Counted from the stretch's first letter, positions 25,557 through 35,565 are shown. The stretch: 64,000 nucleotides of DNA from Minisyncoccota bacterium (GCA_041389025.1 JAWKSP010000001.1:256002-320001); one strand, 5' to 3'. Program-made: numbers and translations. Notes: a model not told the origin generated them from the letters alone.

Positions 25557-25574
25557 CGATTCTTCTCACCCGAG
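25557..25574 (+). repeat. direct repeat of the tRNA-Gly(TCC) 3' end (att-like)
   Basis: cgattcttctcacccg repeats 25358-25373, with a second degenerate copy cgattcttttcacc at about 25612. The spacer contains GAAGAATCGAA, the reverse complement of the T-arm, and is homologous to the tRNA-Gly(GCC) spacer (GAATCGAA..gcgga.cgatg). Confidence 0.7.
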
Positions 25575-25656
25575 TTACTAAAAGGAAACAAAATAGCATG
25601 GTGACCGTCAGGACGATTCTTTTCACCTTCAACTGTGTGACACTACCATATAACTT

Positions 25657-26127
25657 TTGTATATTATGTTTATGAAGTTTTATAGGAAACATGGAGCTAA
25701 TATAATAATGTCAGAAAACCTAGTAAGACTGGCTGGATTTGTTTCCTTTGGAGATGAAGGATCAAAAAAAGCAAAAGCCGCAGCTTTCTTCCCATTTATT
25801 TTTGTAAAGAGCGAAAAATATATTACTCCAGTATTCATAAATCATGAAAAAATCCATTTCAGACAACAGTTGGAGACATTATTCCTGGGAATATTTATCT
25901 TGAACGTTATAGAAGATATATATTCAATGTTATTTTTAAAATTACAAGGTCAAGATAGGTATCTTTATCGTGCGTCTGAACAAGAGGCTTATCGAAATCA
26001 ATTGAATTTAAAATATTTAGAGAAAAGAAAAATCTTTAGTTTATTTAAATTCATAAAGGATAAAAGGAAGTTGCAATTCATAGAAGGTAGATTGCCAGAA
26101 GTTATAGTAGGCGAGCGATGGTATTAG
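25657..26127 (+). CDS. hypothetical protein with HExxH motif (putative small metallopeptidase-like)
   Basis: The only recognisable feature is INHEKIHFRQ (HEKIH). Confidence 0.35.
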   Translation: MYIMFMKFYRKHGANIIMSENLVRLAGFVSFGDEGSKKAKAAAFFPFIFVKSEKYITPVFINHEKIHFRQQLETLFLGIFILNVIEDIYSMLFLKLQGQDRYLYRASEQEAYRNQLNLKYLEKRKIFSLFKFIKDKRKLQFIEGRLPEVIVGERWY

Positions 26128-26208
26128 TAATTTATTAATTTCCTATATAGACTAGAATTGAAAATCAGTCACAACAAACTCAATCCCAAAAACTGCTATA
26201 ATATTCCA

Positions 26209-27088
26209 ATGGAAATTTGGTTTGTGGCGGCTGTGGCGGGAGCGGTGTTGGCTGGAATTAGTAACTTTTATTTTAAAATAGCGGCCAGTCGAGATTTACA
26301 ACGCTGATGTGTTTATATTTTACGGCGGATTAAATGCTTTTGTGCTCATCGCGTTAGCTGTTTCTATTTTTGATTTTTCACTATGGCAGTTCAACTTTTT
26401 TACCTTTGTCATGATGGTTTCCGGCATGGTAGCGTCTTTGGCGGCGATTATGAAAGTTCACGCTTTACGCCATATTGACTCCACGATATATTTTCCTCTT
26501 TTTAAGTTACTTTCTCCGGGGTTGGCGATTGTAATTGGGATTTTATGGTTTAAGGAAAGTTTTAGCTCAACTGAGTGGTTCGGTATGATACTTGGTCTGA
26601 CAGTACCGTTGATGCTTATTTCAAAAGCTGAAAATGGAAGACAAAATAATTTAAAATTAGGATTAATATTTGTCGTTCTCACGGCTTTTACTTCTGCTCT
26701 GGCCGCCGCTTTAAGTAAGTTTGTAATTGACGCGGGTACTTTGGTTATCATCGGACTCCTTTATTCTTCACTAGGAGTTTTTTTAGGAACTGCCCTCACA
26801 ATAATACTAAAACAGGGCATCAGGCCTGCTTTTAACCATATAAAAAATGATACTGACACCGGCCTTGTCATACACGCTACTTCACGAGCGATTCTTATTG
26901 CTATGTCTTTTTATTTTATACTATACGCATATTTTGCCGGTGGTACTTTAGGAGTAGTTCAAACTATCCACTCATTATACATACTAATACCGATTGTACT
27001 TTCCGTTATTTTTTATAATGAGCACTGGAACCTACAAAAAGCTGCTGCCATTGCTTTATCAATATTGTCATTGATGTTGCTTGGGTAG
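26209..27088 (+). pseudogene. EamA/DMT-family transporter carrying a frameshift near 26270-26305
   Basis: Frame 1 reads MEIWFVAAVAGAVLAGISNFYFKIAASRDLQR then stops. A 259-aa remainder with nine more transmembrane helices (start listed at 26309) continues in another frame. Together they make a 10-helix transporter of about 291 aa. Confidence 0.55.
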
Positions 27089-27218
27089 GTAACGGTTTTT
27101 CAAAACATTTTAGCCACTATTGCTAGCCATTATCATTTAGAGTAAACTATTTTTACACTGAGCCGGAGACAACGCGTCTTGGCACCTTTGCTAAAAATTA
27201 TTAAATAATCAATCAAAT

Positions 27219-27650
27219 ATGGAAGGAGTACCAGAATGTTTTTATCGTATTAGTGTCAAAGCGCTTGTACTTAATGAGACTAGAGACAAATTTCTTATCG
27301 CCAAAGAAGAAAATGGTCGGTGGGAATTGCTTGGCGGTGGGCTTGATTGGGGAGTTGCTCCACAGGAAGATTTAAAGCGTGAAATTAAAGAAGAAACCAA
27401 TTTGAAGACAACTTGGATCGCAGAAACTCCGACTTATTTTTTGACTGATCAGCGCGATACTGATGGACTAATGATAGCAAATGTCTTGTATGAAACTGAG
27501 CTTGAAAATTTAGATTTTATTCCATCAGATGAGTGTGTGGAATTAAAGTTTGTTAATTTTGAGGATTGTAAAAATCTAAATGTTTTTCCCAATGTTCTTC
27601 AATTTGCAAAAATGTTTGATCCAAAGAAGCATAGTAAGACTAAAATATAA
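27219..27650 (+). CDS. NUDIX hydrolase
   Basis: Nudix box GGGLDWGVAPQEDLKREIKEETNL. Confidence 0.85.
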   Translation: MEGVPECFYRISVKALVLNETRDKFLIAKEENGRWELLGGGLDWGVAPQEDLKREIKEETNLKTTWIAETPTYFLTDQRDTDGLMIANVLYETELENLDFIPSDECVELKFVNFEDCKNLNVFPNVLQFAKMFDPKKHSKTKI

Positions 27651-27728
27651 AAATAAACCCGCATTACATATGCGAGTTTAAGCAAATTTATTACACTATA
27701 ACTAATTAAAATCAAGGAAAACAAGGGA

Positions 27729-27797
27729 AATAATGGAGGGGCGATTTTAAAAAGTAGCTACGAGCAACGAGAAATGTTCGTTCCTCGGTTATTTTTT
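27729..27797 (+). repeat. structured repeat element, copy 3 of 4 (divergent, compensatory changes)
   Basis: aataatggaggggcgattttaaaaagtagctacgagcaacgagaaatgttcgttcctcggttatttttt. Confidence 0.6.
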
Positions 27798-27838
27798 ATA
27801 TAGATTAATTAGTATAGATTCTTAGCTACCGCCGTTTC

Positions 27839-28714
27839 CTAATCAATACCTTGTGAACACTTGATAACTGATAAAGGTGTCTCTAAGTTTAAACCAAAGT
27901 GATGACGTTCTTCGTTATACCACTTTAGATAAGCCGGTAACTTGCGATTGATTTCTGATACTTTTGGCCACCTAAGATCAACTTCAGTCTGCAAAGTACG
28001 GTTGAAACGTTCAAGGTGAGCATTGTCATTTGGTCTTCTGACCCGAGAATGACGATGTAGCTGAGGTATTCTCTCGGTGAAATGAGTACTAAACTCAGGA
28101 CCATTATCACTTTGTATCATATAGAAAGTGAAACAAACTTCAGCTTGAGCTCTCTTTAAGAAATCAATAGCATTTCTAGTGTTGGGACTGGTATAAGCTC
28201 TAGCGTATGTCCACCTGGAATAAACATCTAAACAAGTGAAGATATAAACTCTAGTTTTATCTGTTCTCATTAGGTGAATAGTGTCTACCTGTACCAAATC
28301 ACCAAGTTTTTCAATGTCAGGGCGTGGTACTGACTGATGGAACCTCTTCCAGGGTGAACGTTTTCTAAGTAGTCCTCTACGGTCTAATGTTCGCTTAACT
28401 GAAGATAAGGATACTTCTATACCTTGTTCATCTTTTAATCTTTTGTGTACCACCTCAGCTGATCTGTTATGTTCCAATCTAATATCTACGATCTTATCTG
28501 TTATCTCCTCAGATAACTCTTTAGGATGATGTTTGGGACGACTACTTAGGGTTGGTATAGGATGAAGACCGATCTTCCTTGCTTTATCCCTCCAAACACA
28601 GATAGCACCAGGAGAGAATCCAAAGTGTCGAGCTGCTTTACGGACTCCGTGCTTATCTGTGAAAAGTACTGCGTCTCTACGAATCTTAGGCATGTTTGGG
28701 TTTGATGTGTACAT
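27839..28714 (-). CDS. IS481-family DDE transposase (rve integrase core with N-terminal helix-turn-helix)
   Basis: DVYSRWTYARAY...IQSDNGPEFSTHF...RPNDNAHLERFNRTLQTE, with the DDE triad spacing. Confidence 0.85.
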   Translation of the reverse strand: MYTSNPNMPKIRRDAVLFTDKHGVRKAARHFGFSPGAICVWRDKARKIGLHPIPTLSSRPKHHPKELSEEITDKIVDIRLEHNRSAEVVHKRLKDEQGIEVSLSSVKRTLDRRGLLRKRSPWKRFHQSVPRPDIEKLGDLVQVDTIHLMRTDKTRVYIFTCLDVYSRWTYARAYTSPNTRNAIDFLKRAQAEVCFTFYMIQSDNGPEFSTHFTERIPQLHRHSRVRRPNDNAHLERFNRTLQTEVDLRWPKVSEINRKLPAYLKWYNEERHHFGLNLETPLSVIKCSQGID

Positions 28715-28753
28715 AACACTACTATTTTAATAGAAGTGTTCATAAGGTATTGA
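27843..28753 (-). mobile_element. IS481-family insertion sequence (about 0.9 kb) with about 20-bp terminal inverted repeats
   Basis: Left inverted repeat tcaataccttgtgaacactt (27843-27862) matches the reverse complement of aagtgttcataaggtattga (28734-28753). Encloses a single DDE transposase ORF. Confidence 0.7.
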
Positions 28754-28844
28754 ACCATAACGTACCGCTTGACCGCTTAATGCGGTTGTAGTATTAAGGT
28801 TATAGGCAGTTTTTGTTGTTTTTCTACTTTATTGGAGAATTGTT

Positions 28845-29081
28845 ATGAAGAAAGTCTTAGTCACTCTTTTGGCATTTTTTATGGTTTTATTTTCCTCAGC
28901 ATGTGTGGTTACTCCTCCTGTGTATCGTAGTAGTTATGGGTATGGTGGTGTTTACTCTGTGTATCAGCCTAGTTATTCATACCAGATGCTATATCTGGAT
29001 CCGATTCTGGCTGGATTTGCATCAATAATTATCTCAATGCTTTTTGGGGAGGTCATCACCATCATCATTAAGAGCAAATAA
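28845..29081 (+). CDS. small Tyr/Ser-rich putative lipoprotein (78 aa)
   Basis: Signal peptide with a lipobox-like LFSSAC, followed by a YGYGG/SYSY-rich segment and a C-terminal hydrophobic helix. Confidence 0.4.
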   Translation: MKKVLVTLLAFFMVLFSSACVVTPPVYRSSYGYGGVYSVYQPSYSYQMLYLDPILAGFASIIISMLFGEVITIIIKSK

Positions 29082-29170
29082 ATACAAAAACAGGTTTTGT
29101 GTAGTAATCAAAACCTGTTTTTATATTTTGGTAAAAACACATTACTTAGTTTTTTTGGTATACTGATTAT

Positions 29171-29749
29171 ATGCAAATAGAATACGAAGCTACATTTACT
29201 AATATAGACAAAAACAAAATCAGAAATAGATTAAAAGAATGTGGAGCGACTTTAGAAAAAAAAGAATTTCTGCAACGTCGTACTGTTTTTAATTTACCCG
29301 TCAGTAATCCAATAAAAGGTAGCTGGATACGCGTACGTGATGAAGAAGATAAAATCACCATGAGTTTGAAGATAGTTGATGGTGATAAAATTGAAAATCA
29401 AAAAGAAATTTGTCTGATTGTAGATAAATATGATGATGCTGAAGCTTTCCTTAAAACAATTGGCTGTCAGTGGTGTGCTTATCAAGAAACAAAAAGAGAG
29501 TTATGGACATTGGATGGTGTTGAGATAACTATAGATACTTGGCCATTTTTAGAACCGTTTATTGAAATAGAAGGTGACTCGGAAGAAAGAGTAAGGAAGG
29601 TGGCTGATAAATTAGGATTTGTCTGGAATATGGCGAAATTTTGTTCGGTCGACACTCTATACAATGAAAAATACGGTATACCAATAGAGATAATAAACGA
29701 CCATACACCAAAGATTGTTTTTGATATGGAGAATCCTTTTGTAAACTAA
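29171..29749 (+). CDS. CYTH-domain protein (CyaB-like class IV adenylyl cyclase / triphosphatase fold)
   Basis: The N-terminal MQIEYEATF carries the ExExK motif; acidic patches follow further on. Confidence 0.6.
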   Translation: MQIEYEATFTNIDKNKIRNRLKECGATLEKKEFLQRRTVFNLPVSNPIKGSWIRVRDEEDKITMSLKIVDGDKIENQKEICLIVDKYDDAEAFLKTIGCQWCAYQETKRELWTLDGVEITIDTWPFLEPFIEIEGDSEERVRKVADKLGFVWNMAKFCSVDTLYNEKYGIPIEIINDHTPKIVFDMENPFVN

Positions 29750-30507
29750 ACTTTATTACTTTTAGGACAAAAGTCCCACATATATTGAAACCAGATGCGG
29801 TAAGAGTCAGCTAGGTTTTGGTTTTGGATAACGGTGAACATAATTTCATCCACCTCGCCTACTTGCCCTAAATACTGATGATGCATAATATTCACCCGAT
29901 CGCCAAAAATATCTATGCCGGAAGAAGTAGCGTATTTTTTAGGTAAAAATTTGTACTTATTGCCTACGTGTTGCAGTATTGGATGATTGACTTTTTTTAC
30001 TTCATAGTCAAATAGGTGGTGCATTTCTAGTTTGTTTTTCTTGATTTGCTCTAAAAACCCAGGAATAAAACTCTTTATCCGTTCGTCGAGCCAAGCGCCT
30101 TGGGCACCAATAGAATAGAAAGGCTTATTAACCAATAAAATATCTTTCATGTATTGTTTCCAGCCCTCTTTTCCTTTGTAGGTTTGTACACGGTATTCAC
30201 TTGGAGTATTAAAGTACAATTTATCCAAAAACGGTAGGGCGGTTTCTAACGCCAAAGTTTTTTCGGCCAGTATCTCTTGTAGTTTTCGTGGTTCAACTGC
30301 TTGGTAGATGTTTTCTTTGGTGTCAACAATTTCTATTACCAACCCTTTTTCCATAAGACGATTTAAAGAGTCGTAGACGTTACGGCGATGTACGCCCGAT
30401 TTTTCAGAAATTAGACTCACTGAAGAGTTACCTTTGCGGACTAAGGTCTCATATATTCTGGCTTCGTTTTTGGCTAAGCCAAGTGATTGTAGTAGGGTTT
30501 GATATTC
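29746..30507 (-). CDS. TrmB-family transcriptional regulator
   Basis: MEYQTLLQSLGLAKNEARIYETLVRKGNSSVSLISEKSGVHRRNVYDSLNRLMEKGLV. Confidence 0.7.
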   Translation of the reverse strand, partial: EYQTLLQSLGLAKNEARIYETLVRKGNSSVSLISEKSGVHRRNVYDSLNRLMEKGLVIEIVDTKENIYQAVEPRKLQEILAEKTLALETALPFLDKLYFNTPSEYRVQTYKGKEGWKQYMKDILLVNKPFYSIGAQGAWLDERIKSFIPGFLEQIKKNKLEMHHLFDYEVKKVNHPILQHVGNKYKFLPKKYATSSGIDIFGDRVNIMHHQYLGQVGEVDEIMFTVIQNQNLADSYRIWFQYMWDFCPKSNKV

Positions 30508-30615
30508 CATATTTATAATTAATAATGGTGATAAATACCACTCGTGAGTGATATTTGCCACTCTTAATGTATTTGTAAGTATAGCTGTAGATATTTTTTA
30601 GTCAAAGAGAACGTT

Positions 30616-31041
30616 ATGAATAATCTACACGAATTTCAATCAGCTGTTTGGGCAATAGTAGAAAATGGGGTCTTGATTCCTAAAAACGGTAAGCAACCAA
30701 TAAAAATGGCTAAGAGTGACGCTACGGCTTTACCACTTCTGTTTGATGGTAGTGGTGAAAAACCATTTGGAGCTAGTTTGATACGCTTTACCTCTGGTGA
30801 AAAAGTGGACTTGCATACACATATCGGGTCTCATATTTTGATTGTTACCTACGGACAAGGACTATTGACCTATTTTTCAAAAGAGATAAAGCTAGGAGCG
30901 GGTATGATGTACTTGATTCCAAGTGAGGTACCGCATGCAATTAGGGCTTTATCAGAATTGGTCATTATTGCTGTCGGTAATGATTTTCGAGCTGAGGGAA
31001 GTGAAAACAGGCTTAATTTAGTGAGAGAAGACAATGGATAA
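30616..31041 (+). CDS. cupin domain protein
   Basis: GEKVDLHTHIGSHILIVTYGQG...LIPSEVPHAIRA, the two cupin motifs. Confidence 0.6.
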   Translation: MNNLHEFQSAVWAIVENGVLIPKNGKQPIKMAKSDATALPLLFDGSGEKPFGASLIRFTSGEKVDLHTHIGSHILIVTYGQGLLTYFSKEIKLGAGMMYLIPSEVPHAIRALSELVIIAVGNDFRAEGSENRLNLVREDNG

Positions 31042-31714
31042 ATTATTGGTACACAATATCGCTGGCTTTAAGGTGGTGCGTGGAGACTTAGTAAATGGCG
31101 GAATAAAACGGTTGGCATTAGAGCGAGCTTTAAGGTTTGTGAAAGAAACTAGAGTCGCTTGCTCAGTGCACGAGTATGGCCACTCGGGATTAGCTTTAGC
31201 AATAGCTGCTAGGGAGACAGGAAAGGAAGCACATATATTTCTGGCCGGTAAGCCAAAAGACACTTACATAACTGAGTATCTAAAAGATTTTCCAAATGTT
31301 TCTTTTCACTTTGCTGATAAAGTTAAAAGACAACATGAGATTGGAAATTTTGTAGAAAGATGGGTAGAGGAAAATCAAGCTTTTTATTTACCAATTGGTT
31401 TTGATTGTGAGTTGTTTAGAACTGAATTGGTAGAATTGGCTAGAGAAACTGTTCCTGATCCTAAGGAGGTGTGGGTAACAGTTGGTTCCGGTACTACTTT
31501 TGGTTGTTTAAAAGAAGCTTGGCCTAAAGCCAATATCCATGGAGTTAATTTGGGTTTTTTATCACATGATGTTGTGCATAAGGTGATTGAAGAGCTAGAT
31601 GAAGTAGCTAGAGAATTTCCACCGTATCCTTCAGCTCCTTTTTACGACGCCAAAGTCTGGCGGTTTGTGAAAAAATATGCTAGCAAAAGAGCGGTTATTT
31701 GGAATATTGCTTAA
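31034..31714 (+). CDS. PLP-dependent enzyme, ACC deaminase/D-cysteine desulfhydrase-like (short)
   Basis: NGGIKRLALE resembles the GGNKxRKLE phosphate-binding motif. At 226 aa it is shorter than typical members. Confidence 0.35.
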   Translation: MDKLLVHNIAGFKVVRGDLVNGGIKRLALERALRFVKETRVACSVHEYGHSGLALAIAARETGKEAHIFLAGKPKDTYITEYLKDFPNVSFHFADKVKRQHEIGNFVERWVEENQAFYLPIGFDCELFRTELVELARETVPDPKEVWVTVGSGTTFGCLKEAWPKANIHGVNLGFLSHDVVHKVIEELDEVAREFPPYPSAPFYDAKVWRFVKKYASKRAVIWNIA

Positions 31715-31864
31715 TACTAAAACCCTTACTTAATTTACTTTAAGTAAGGGTTTTTAAAATTTAATTACATAAAGAATTCACTCCATGACTTTTTCTAGAT
31801 AATATCTCATAAAAAACACCACAGATAAACAAAAGTTTATCTGTGGTGATGTATGTTTTAACCT

Positions 31865-33172
31865 CTATTTGGAAGATTTGTAAACGAAGATCATTCTCTG
31901 TAAGATTATCTTTTGAGCTTCAGAAATTGGATATATTTTTTCATAAAGTCGTGCAAGTTTAGTAATCTTATCTGTTTGTTTGCATGCGTTACAAACAAGC
32001 ATATTGATTTTTTGTAAACATACTTTATGTAAATTATGATACCCTTCACTATTACGTCTGACATATTTAGCATTTGTTAAACATGCGTATGCTTCCATAG
32101 CTTCTGATACGTTAGTACATACTGCAATCAACTTTTTGATGATAGCAACACGATAATCTTCTCCATCAGAATCGTACTGTTTTAGATATAATTTATGAAA
32201 AATATCCAATATCTTCCTAACTTTTTTAAATGTTGTTGCTACTTTTAACTCAGATTCGAGTTTCTTAAAAAGAATAGAGTTTGTTTTTTCATAATTATAC
32301 CTTTGCTTAAATTTCAGCATTTCAGAAAGTGTATCCAGACCACCCATTTCTTGTTGTATGACTTCATTTAGACGTTCATCTAATCTGAGTAGTTTACACG
32401 CATCTTTGTCGGAAGATGTACACCATCCGTGTATTACATTAATATCATTCTCGGTAAAAACTTTATCTGCCGAAACTCTTGGTGCGATTACTTTTTCAAG
32501 CTTCTCTATCATGCTTTGTAACTTGATTTTATCGACTGGGAAGTGATCAAAACGAAGTGTGAGTAACTCATAAGCTGAGTACACTTCTTCCACACTATTT
32601 ATACTGTCTTTATTTATGGAAAAAAGCTTGAAGGCAGCGACCATAGCTCTTCCTTCTATATCTTCTTTCTTTTCGTATTCAAATAGTGTTTCCTTTGTTG
32701 GATATTTTTCACTTATACAACGAAACTCACTAAGTAATAATTCAAAACTATTTATGTTAGTGAATTTTGGTAACAGCTTAATATACTTTGATAATGCTTT
32801 TTTATATCCACGGTATCCTTCATGTCTACCCACATAATAAGCTTCTCTAGCCTCCACAAGGGTTTTTATAAGGTTTACCCGTCGTCGATAAGCTACTCTG
32901 ATAGCTTTATTTGAAGTCCCAGCTTTCTGAGCTCTAATGACCAGATCTATATCATCAATAGAGTCAATAGTTGTCTTAATTAAAAAATCAACCTTCTTCT
33001 TCACGGCCTCAATAACAAGTTCATCGGAATTGGCGTGCATGGCCAGTAACCCAATAGCACTTTCCAGAGATAATTTTTGTGAGTTTTTACTATCAAAATC
33101 ACCATTAGATGCTTCAAATAATATAGGAGGTATACCTGTTTTCTTAGCAAGTTTTTCATAAAGGGTTGTCAT
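31865..33172 (-). CDS. hypothetical alpha-helical protein (435 aa)
   Basis: Long ORF with no recognisable domain. Hairpin terminators lie at 31720-31760 and 31812-31850. Confidence 0.5.
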   Translation of the reverse strand: MTTLYEKLAKKTGIPPILFEASNGDFDSKNSQKLSLESAIGLLAMHANSDELVIEAVKKKVDFLIKTTIDSIDDIDLVIRAQKAGTSNKAIRVAYRRRVNLIKTLVEAREAYYVGRHEGYRGYKKALSKYIKLLPKFTNINSFELLLSEFRCISEKYPTKETLFEYEKKEDIEGRAMVAAFKLFSINKDSINSVEEVYSAYELLTLRFDHFPVDKIKLQSMIEKLEKVIAPRVSADKVFTENDINVIHGWCTSSDKDACKLLRLDERLNEVIQQEMGGLDTLSEMLKFKQRYNYEKTNSILFKKLESELKVATTFKKVRKILDIFHKLYLKQYDSDGEDYRVAIIKKLIAVCTNVSEAMEAYACLTNAKYVRRNSEGYHNLHKVCLQKINMLVCNACKQTDKITKLARLYEKIYPISEAQKIILQRMIFVYKSSK

Positions 33173-33337
33173 TATCTTCTCCTTAAAGTTTAATATAATT
33201 GATTACAAGGTGTTTCTGAATGTCTTATATCATATAATTTAATCCAGTACAATGGATTGGTAATTTGGAACATTGCTTAGGTAATTTAAAACCCCGCGTC
33301 TGTTAGCAGGGTTTTGATTTGCAAAAAAAGAGACGAT

Positions 33338-33835
33338 TTATAATCCTTTGCTAATTATGTGATTTAAAAGAAAGTGTGGACCTTCCTGTAGATCAGCGGA
33401 CTCTAGTTCTGCAATACTTAACCATACTTCATTATGTTTTTTAGTTTCTTCCGTTGCGACTTCAATTTTATTACTATTTTCTGTAAGTTTAAAGAGAAAA
33501 CATTGAAAGTGAGCTAGACGGTTTTCACCTTTTGGTCCATGCCAAAACTTAGCTTTGTAAGATGGAAGTGGACTAACAAAATGTAAATCAGTGTAGCCGG
33601 TTTCTTCACTCACTTCAGCTCGTGCAGCACCTTCGGCTGTTTGTCCATTTTCTATTCCGCCGGTTACAAAAGCCAACCAATTAACATCTTTCCACTTTAG
33701 TAACAGATATTTATCGTTTATTGGGTCTCTAACAATAGCAGTAATTGCATTTCTTTTTATGGTTGGTTTATTATCACGCGGAGTATCATCTCCAGTAGCT
33801 ACAAATAATAGTTCTTTATTAGTGTTTATATTCAT
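33338..33835 (-). CDS. NUDIX hydrolase
   Basis: Nudix box TGGIENGQTAEGAARAEVSEETGY. Confidence 0.8.
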   Translation of the reverse strand: MNINTNKELLFVATGDDTPRDNKPTIKRNAITAIVRDPINDKYLLLKWKDVNWLAFVTGGIENGQTAEGAARAEVSEETGYTDLHFVSPLPSYKAKFWHGPKGENRLAHFQCFLFKLTENSNKIEVATEETKKHNEVWLSIAELESADLQEGPHFLLNHIISKGL

Positions 33836-33983
33836 AAATGTACCTTATTATTTAAAATTAATAACTTAAATAAACCTAGCGGTACTTAAACATGTTAAAA
33901 GTATTTTTGCTAATTAAAGTATAAATAAGACACTATTATTAAATCTAATTGGTTCTTACACACTTTAATAGTCTTTTGTATTT

Positions 33984-34796
33984 TTATTCTGTAGCTTGTT
34001 TGAAATAAGATTTGGTTTCAAAAATATCATCACCGATTTTTGTTTGGTTATTTTTAGCAAAATTTCGTTTTTGGGTGATGAGCTCGATAAAGCGAGTGTC
34101 ATCAAGTCCAGAACCTCCTCGTACTAAAGCGGTCTCACCGTCTTTTAGATCACGAAGCTTTTCAACGTATGGTAATTTACCATAGCGGGTTTCAGTTTCT
34201 CCGTCGGTGCTTATTTGGTCGGGAGTGAGAGTAGTCTTGCAGTTACCAAAATTATCTATACACCAGATAGCTGATGGTAATTCTGGTATTTCTTGTAAGT
34301 CAAAAGAAGTACTTGGAACATGATTGCCAAGCATCATAAAACTACCAATTCTGGGGGTAAAATCAAAACTGCGAAACTGACTGAAAGGAATACGTGTGGC
34401 TTCAGCTTCGGTGATGAAGTTTGCTTCTTGCATAGTTTTGGTAGCTTCATGAATATCAAATATATTTACTGTCTCAGTCAGGTTTAATTTTTTCACTGCT
34501 GAAAAAGCATAACCATCAAGTGAAGAAACCACTAAAGTTTTTTTGTACCAGAAGTAGGCGAAAGGCGTACCGTTTTCCCATTTAGCAGTTTTGTCACCAC
34601 GCGGAGCAACGTTAACCAATATCACACCTTCTTGACCACCAGTAGCGTCTAGAATATCAATCATATTCATACTGGCTTCTAAGTCGCTATCTACACCAAT
34701 AAAAGCAGGTGTAATTTTTAATAAGGAGCTAATGCGACTAGTTTGACGAGCACGAGCGTTATCGTCACGGCAATCATTTATGATGGTGGCAAACAT
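33984..34796 (-). CDS. hypothetical protein (270 aa); weak resemblance to the SAM hydroxide adenosyltransferase (DUF62) fold
   Basis: The N-terminal TIINDCRDDNARAR and VNVAPRGD weakly echo the TDFGxxDxYVGxMKG and VVDPGVG motifs. Not secure. Confidence 0.3.
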   Translation of the reverse strand: MFATIINDCRDDNARARQTSRISSLLKITPAFIGVDSDLEASMNMIDILDATGGQEGVILVNVAPRGDKTAKWENGTPFAYFWYKKTLVVSSLDGYAFSAVKKLNLTETVNIFDIHEATKTMQEANFITEAEATRIPFSQFRSFDFTPRIGSFMMLGNHVPSTSFDLQEIPELPSAIWCIDNFGNCKTTLTPDQISTDGETETRYGKLPYVEKLRDLKDGETALVRGGSGLDDTRFIELITQKRNFAKNNQTKIGDDIFETKSYFKQATE

Positions 34797-35084
34797 GAAA
34801 TAATTTTAATAAGTAATATTAAATCTTAACAAGACAAGTCTATTGGTGCAATTCAGTAATTTTATAAATGGTCGAAAGCTTTAGCTTTCGACCATTTATA
34901 AAAAATAAAACCCCTTGGCTGAAAGGGTTTTATTTATTGTGATGGGAAATAGCGAGGAATACTCTGTATTTCCACATAGCGTATTACCTCCGCTACTTAA
35001 GTATTATAACATACTGAAATTATTTTGGTCTTGGGGATAATATAAAACCGCCGGCTTTAGCCGGCGGTTTTATACGCAGTGAAT

Positions 35085-35357
35085 TTATTTCACTGAATCC
35101 TTTAGTGCTTTAGCGGCTCGGAATTTTGGTACACGCATAGCTGGAACGGTGACCGTTTCACCGGTTCGTGGATTTCTGGCTTCACGTTTTGCTCGAAGCT
35201 TAGCTTCAAAAATACCAAACCCAGCTACTGAAACGGCGTCACCGTCTTTCATAGCTTTTTCGATGTTACTAAAAACTGCATCGACTGCTCGTTCGGCATC
35301 AGCTTTGGTTGAACCAAGTACTTCGTGTACAGCACTGATGATGTCTGCTTTATTCAT
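35085..35357 (-). CDS. hup: DNA-binding protein HU
   Basis: MNKADIISAV...GFGIFEAKLRAKREARNPRTGETVTVPAMRVPKFRAAKALKDSV, the HU/IHF signature with its beta-arm. Confidence 0.9.
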   Translation of the reverse strand: MNKADIISAVHEVLGSTKADAERAVDAVFSNIEKAMKDGDAVSVAGFGIFEAKLRAKREARNPRTGETVTVPAMRVPKFRAAKALKDSVK

Positions 35358-35508
35358 ATAAGATTCAGATTTATTCTATGAGTGATAAAATGTGAGTGAG
35401 CAAAAAACTTACTCACGATGCCTGTATGGCTCAGGTACTATTATATAGCAACGTTTTTAAGCTGCCACGTCTTCCGAGGGGATTATTTTTGTGTTCTAAT
35501 TGATTTAT

Positions 35509-35545
35509 GTAAAAAGTGGTTTGGCGAAGCCAAACCACTTTTTAC
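35509..35545 (-). terminator. intrinsic terminator of rny
   Basis: gtaaaaagtggtttggcgaagccaaaccactttttac. Confidence 0.7.
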
Positions 35546-35565
35546 ATTTTAAACTTTGATAAATC

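Noticed and set aside
25295-25692. Minus-strand ORFs of 98 and 70 aa over the tRNA-Gly(TCC) region
   Set aside because: They overlap a bona fide tRNA and its duplicated 3'-end spacer and have no ribosome-binding site, so they are spurious.
31034-31714. Calling this gene ACC deaminase outright
   Set aside because: Only the GGxKxRxLE-like motif is recognisable and the protein is about 100 aa shorter than family members. Kept as a low-confidence PLP-fold call.
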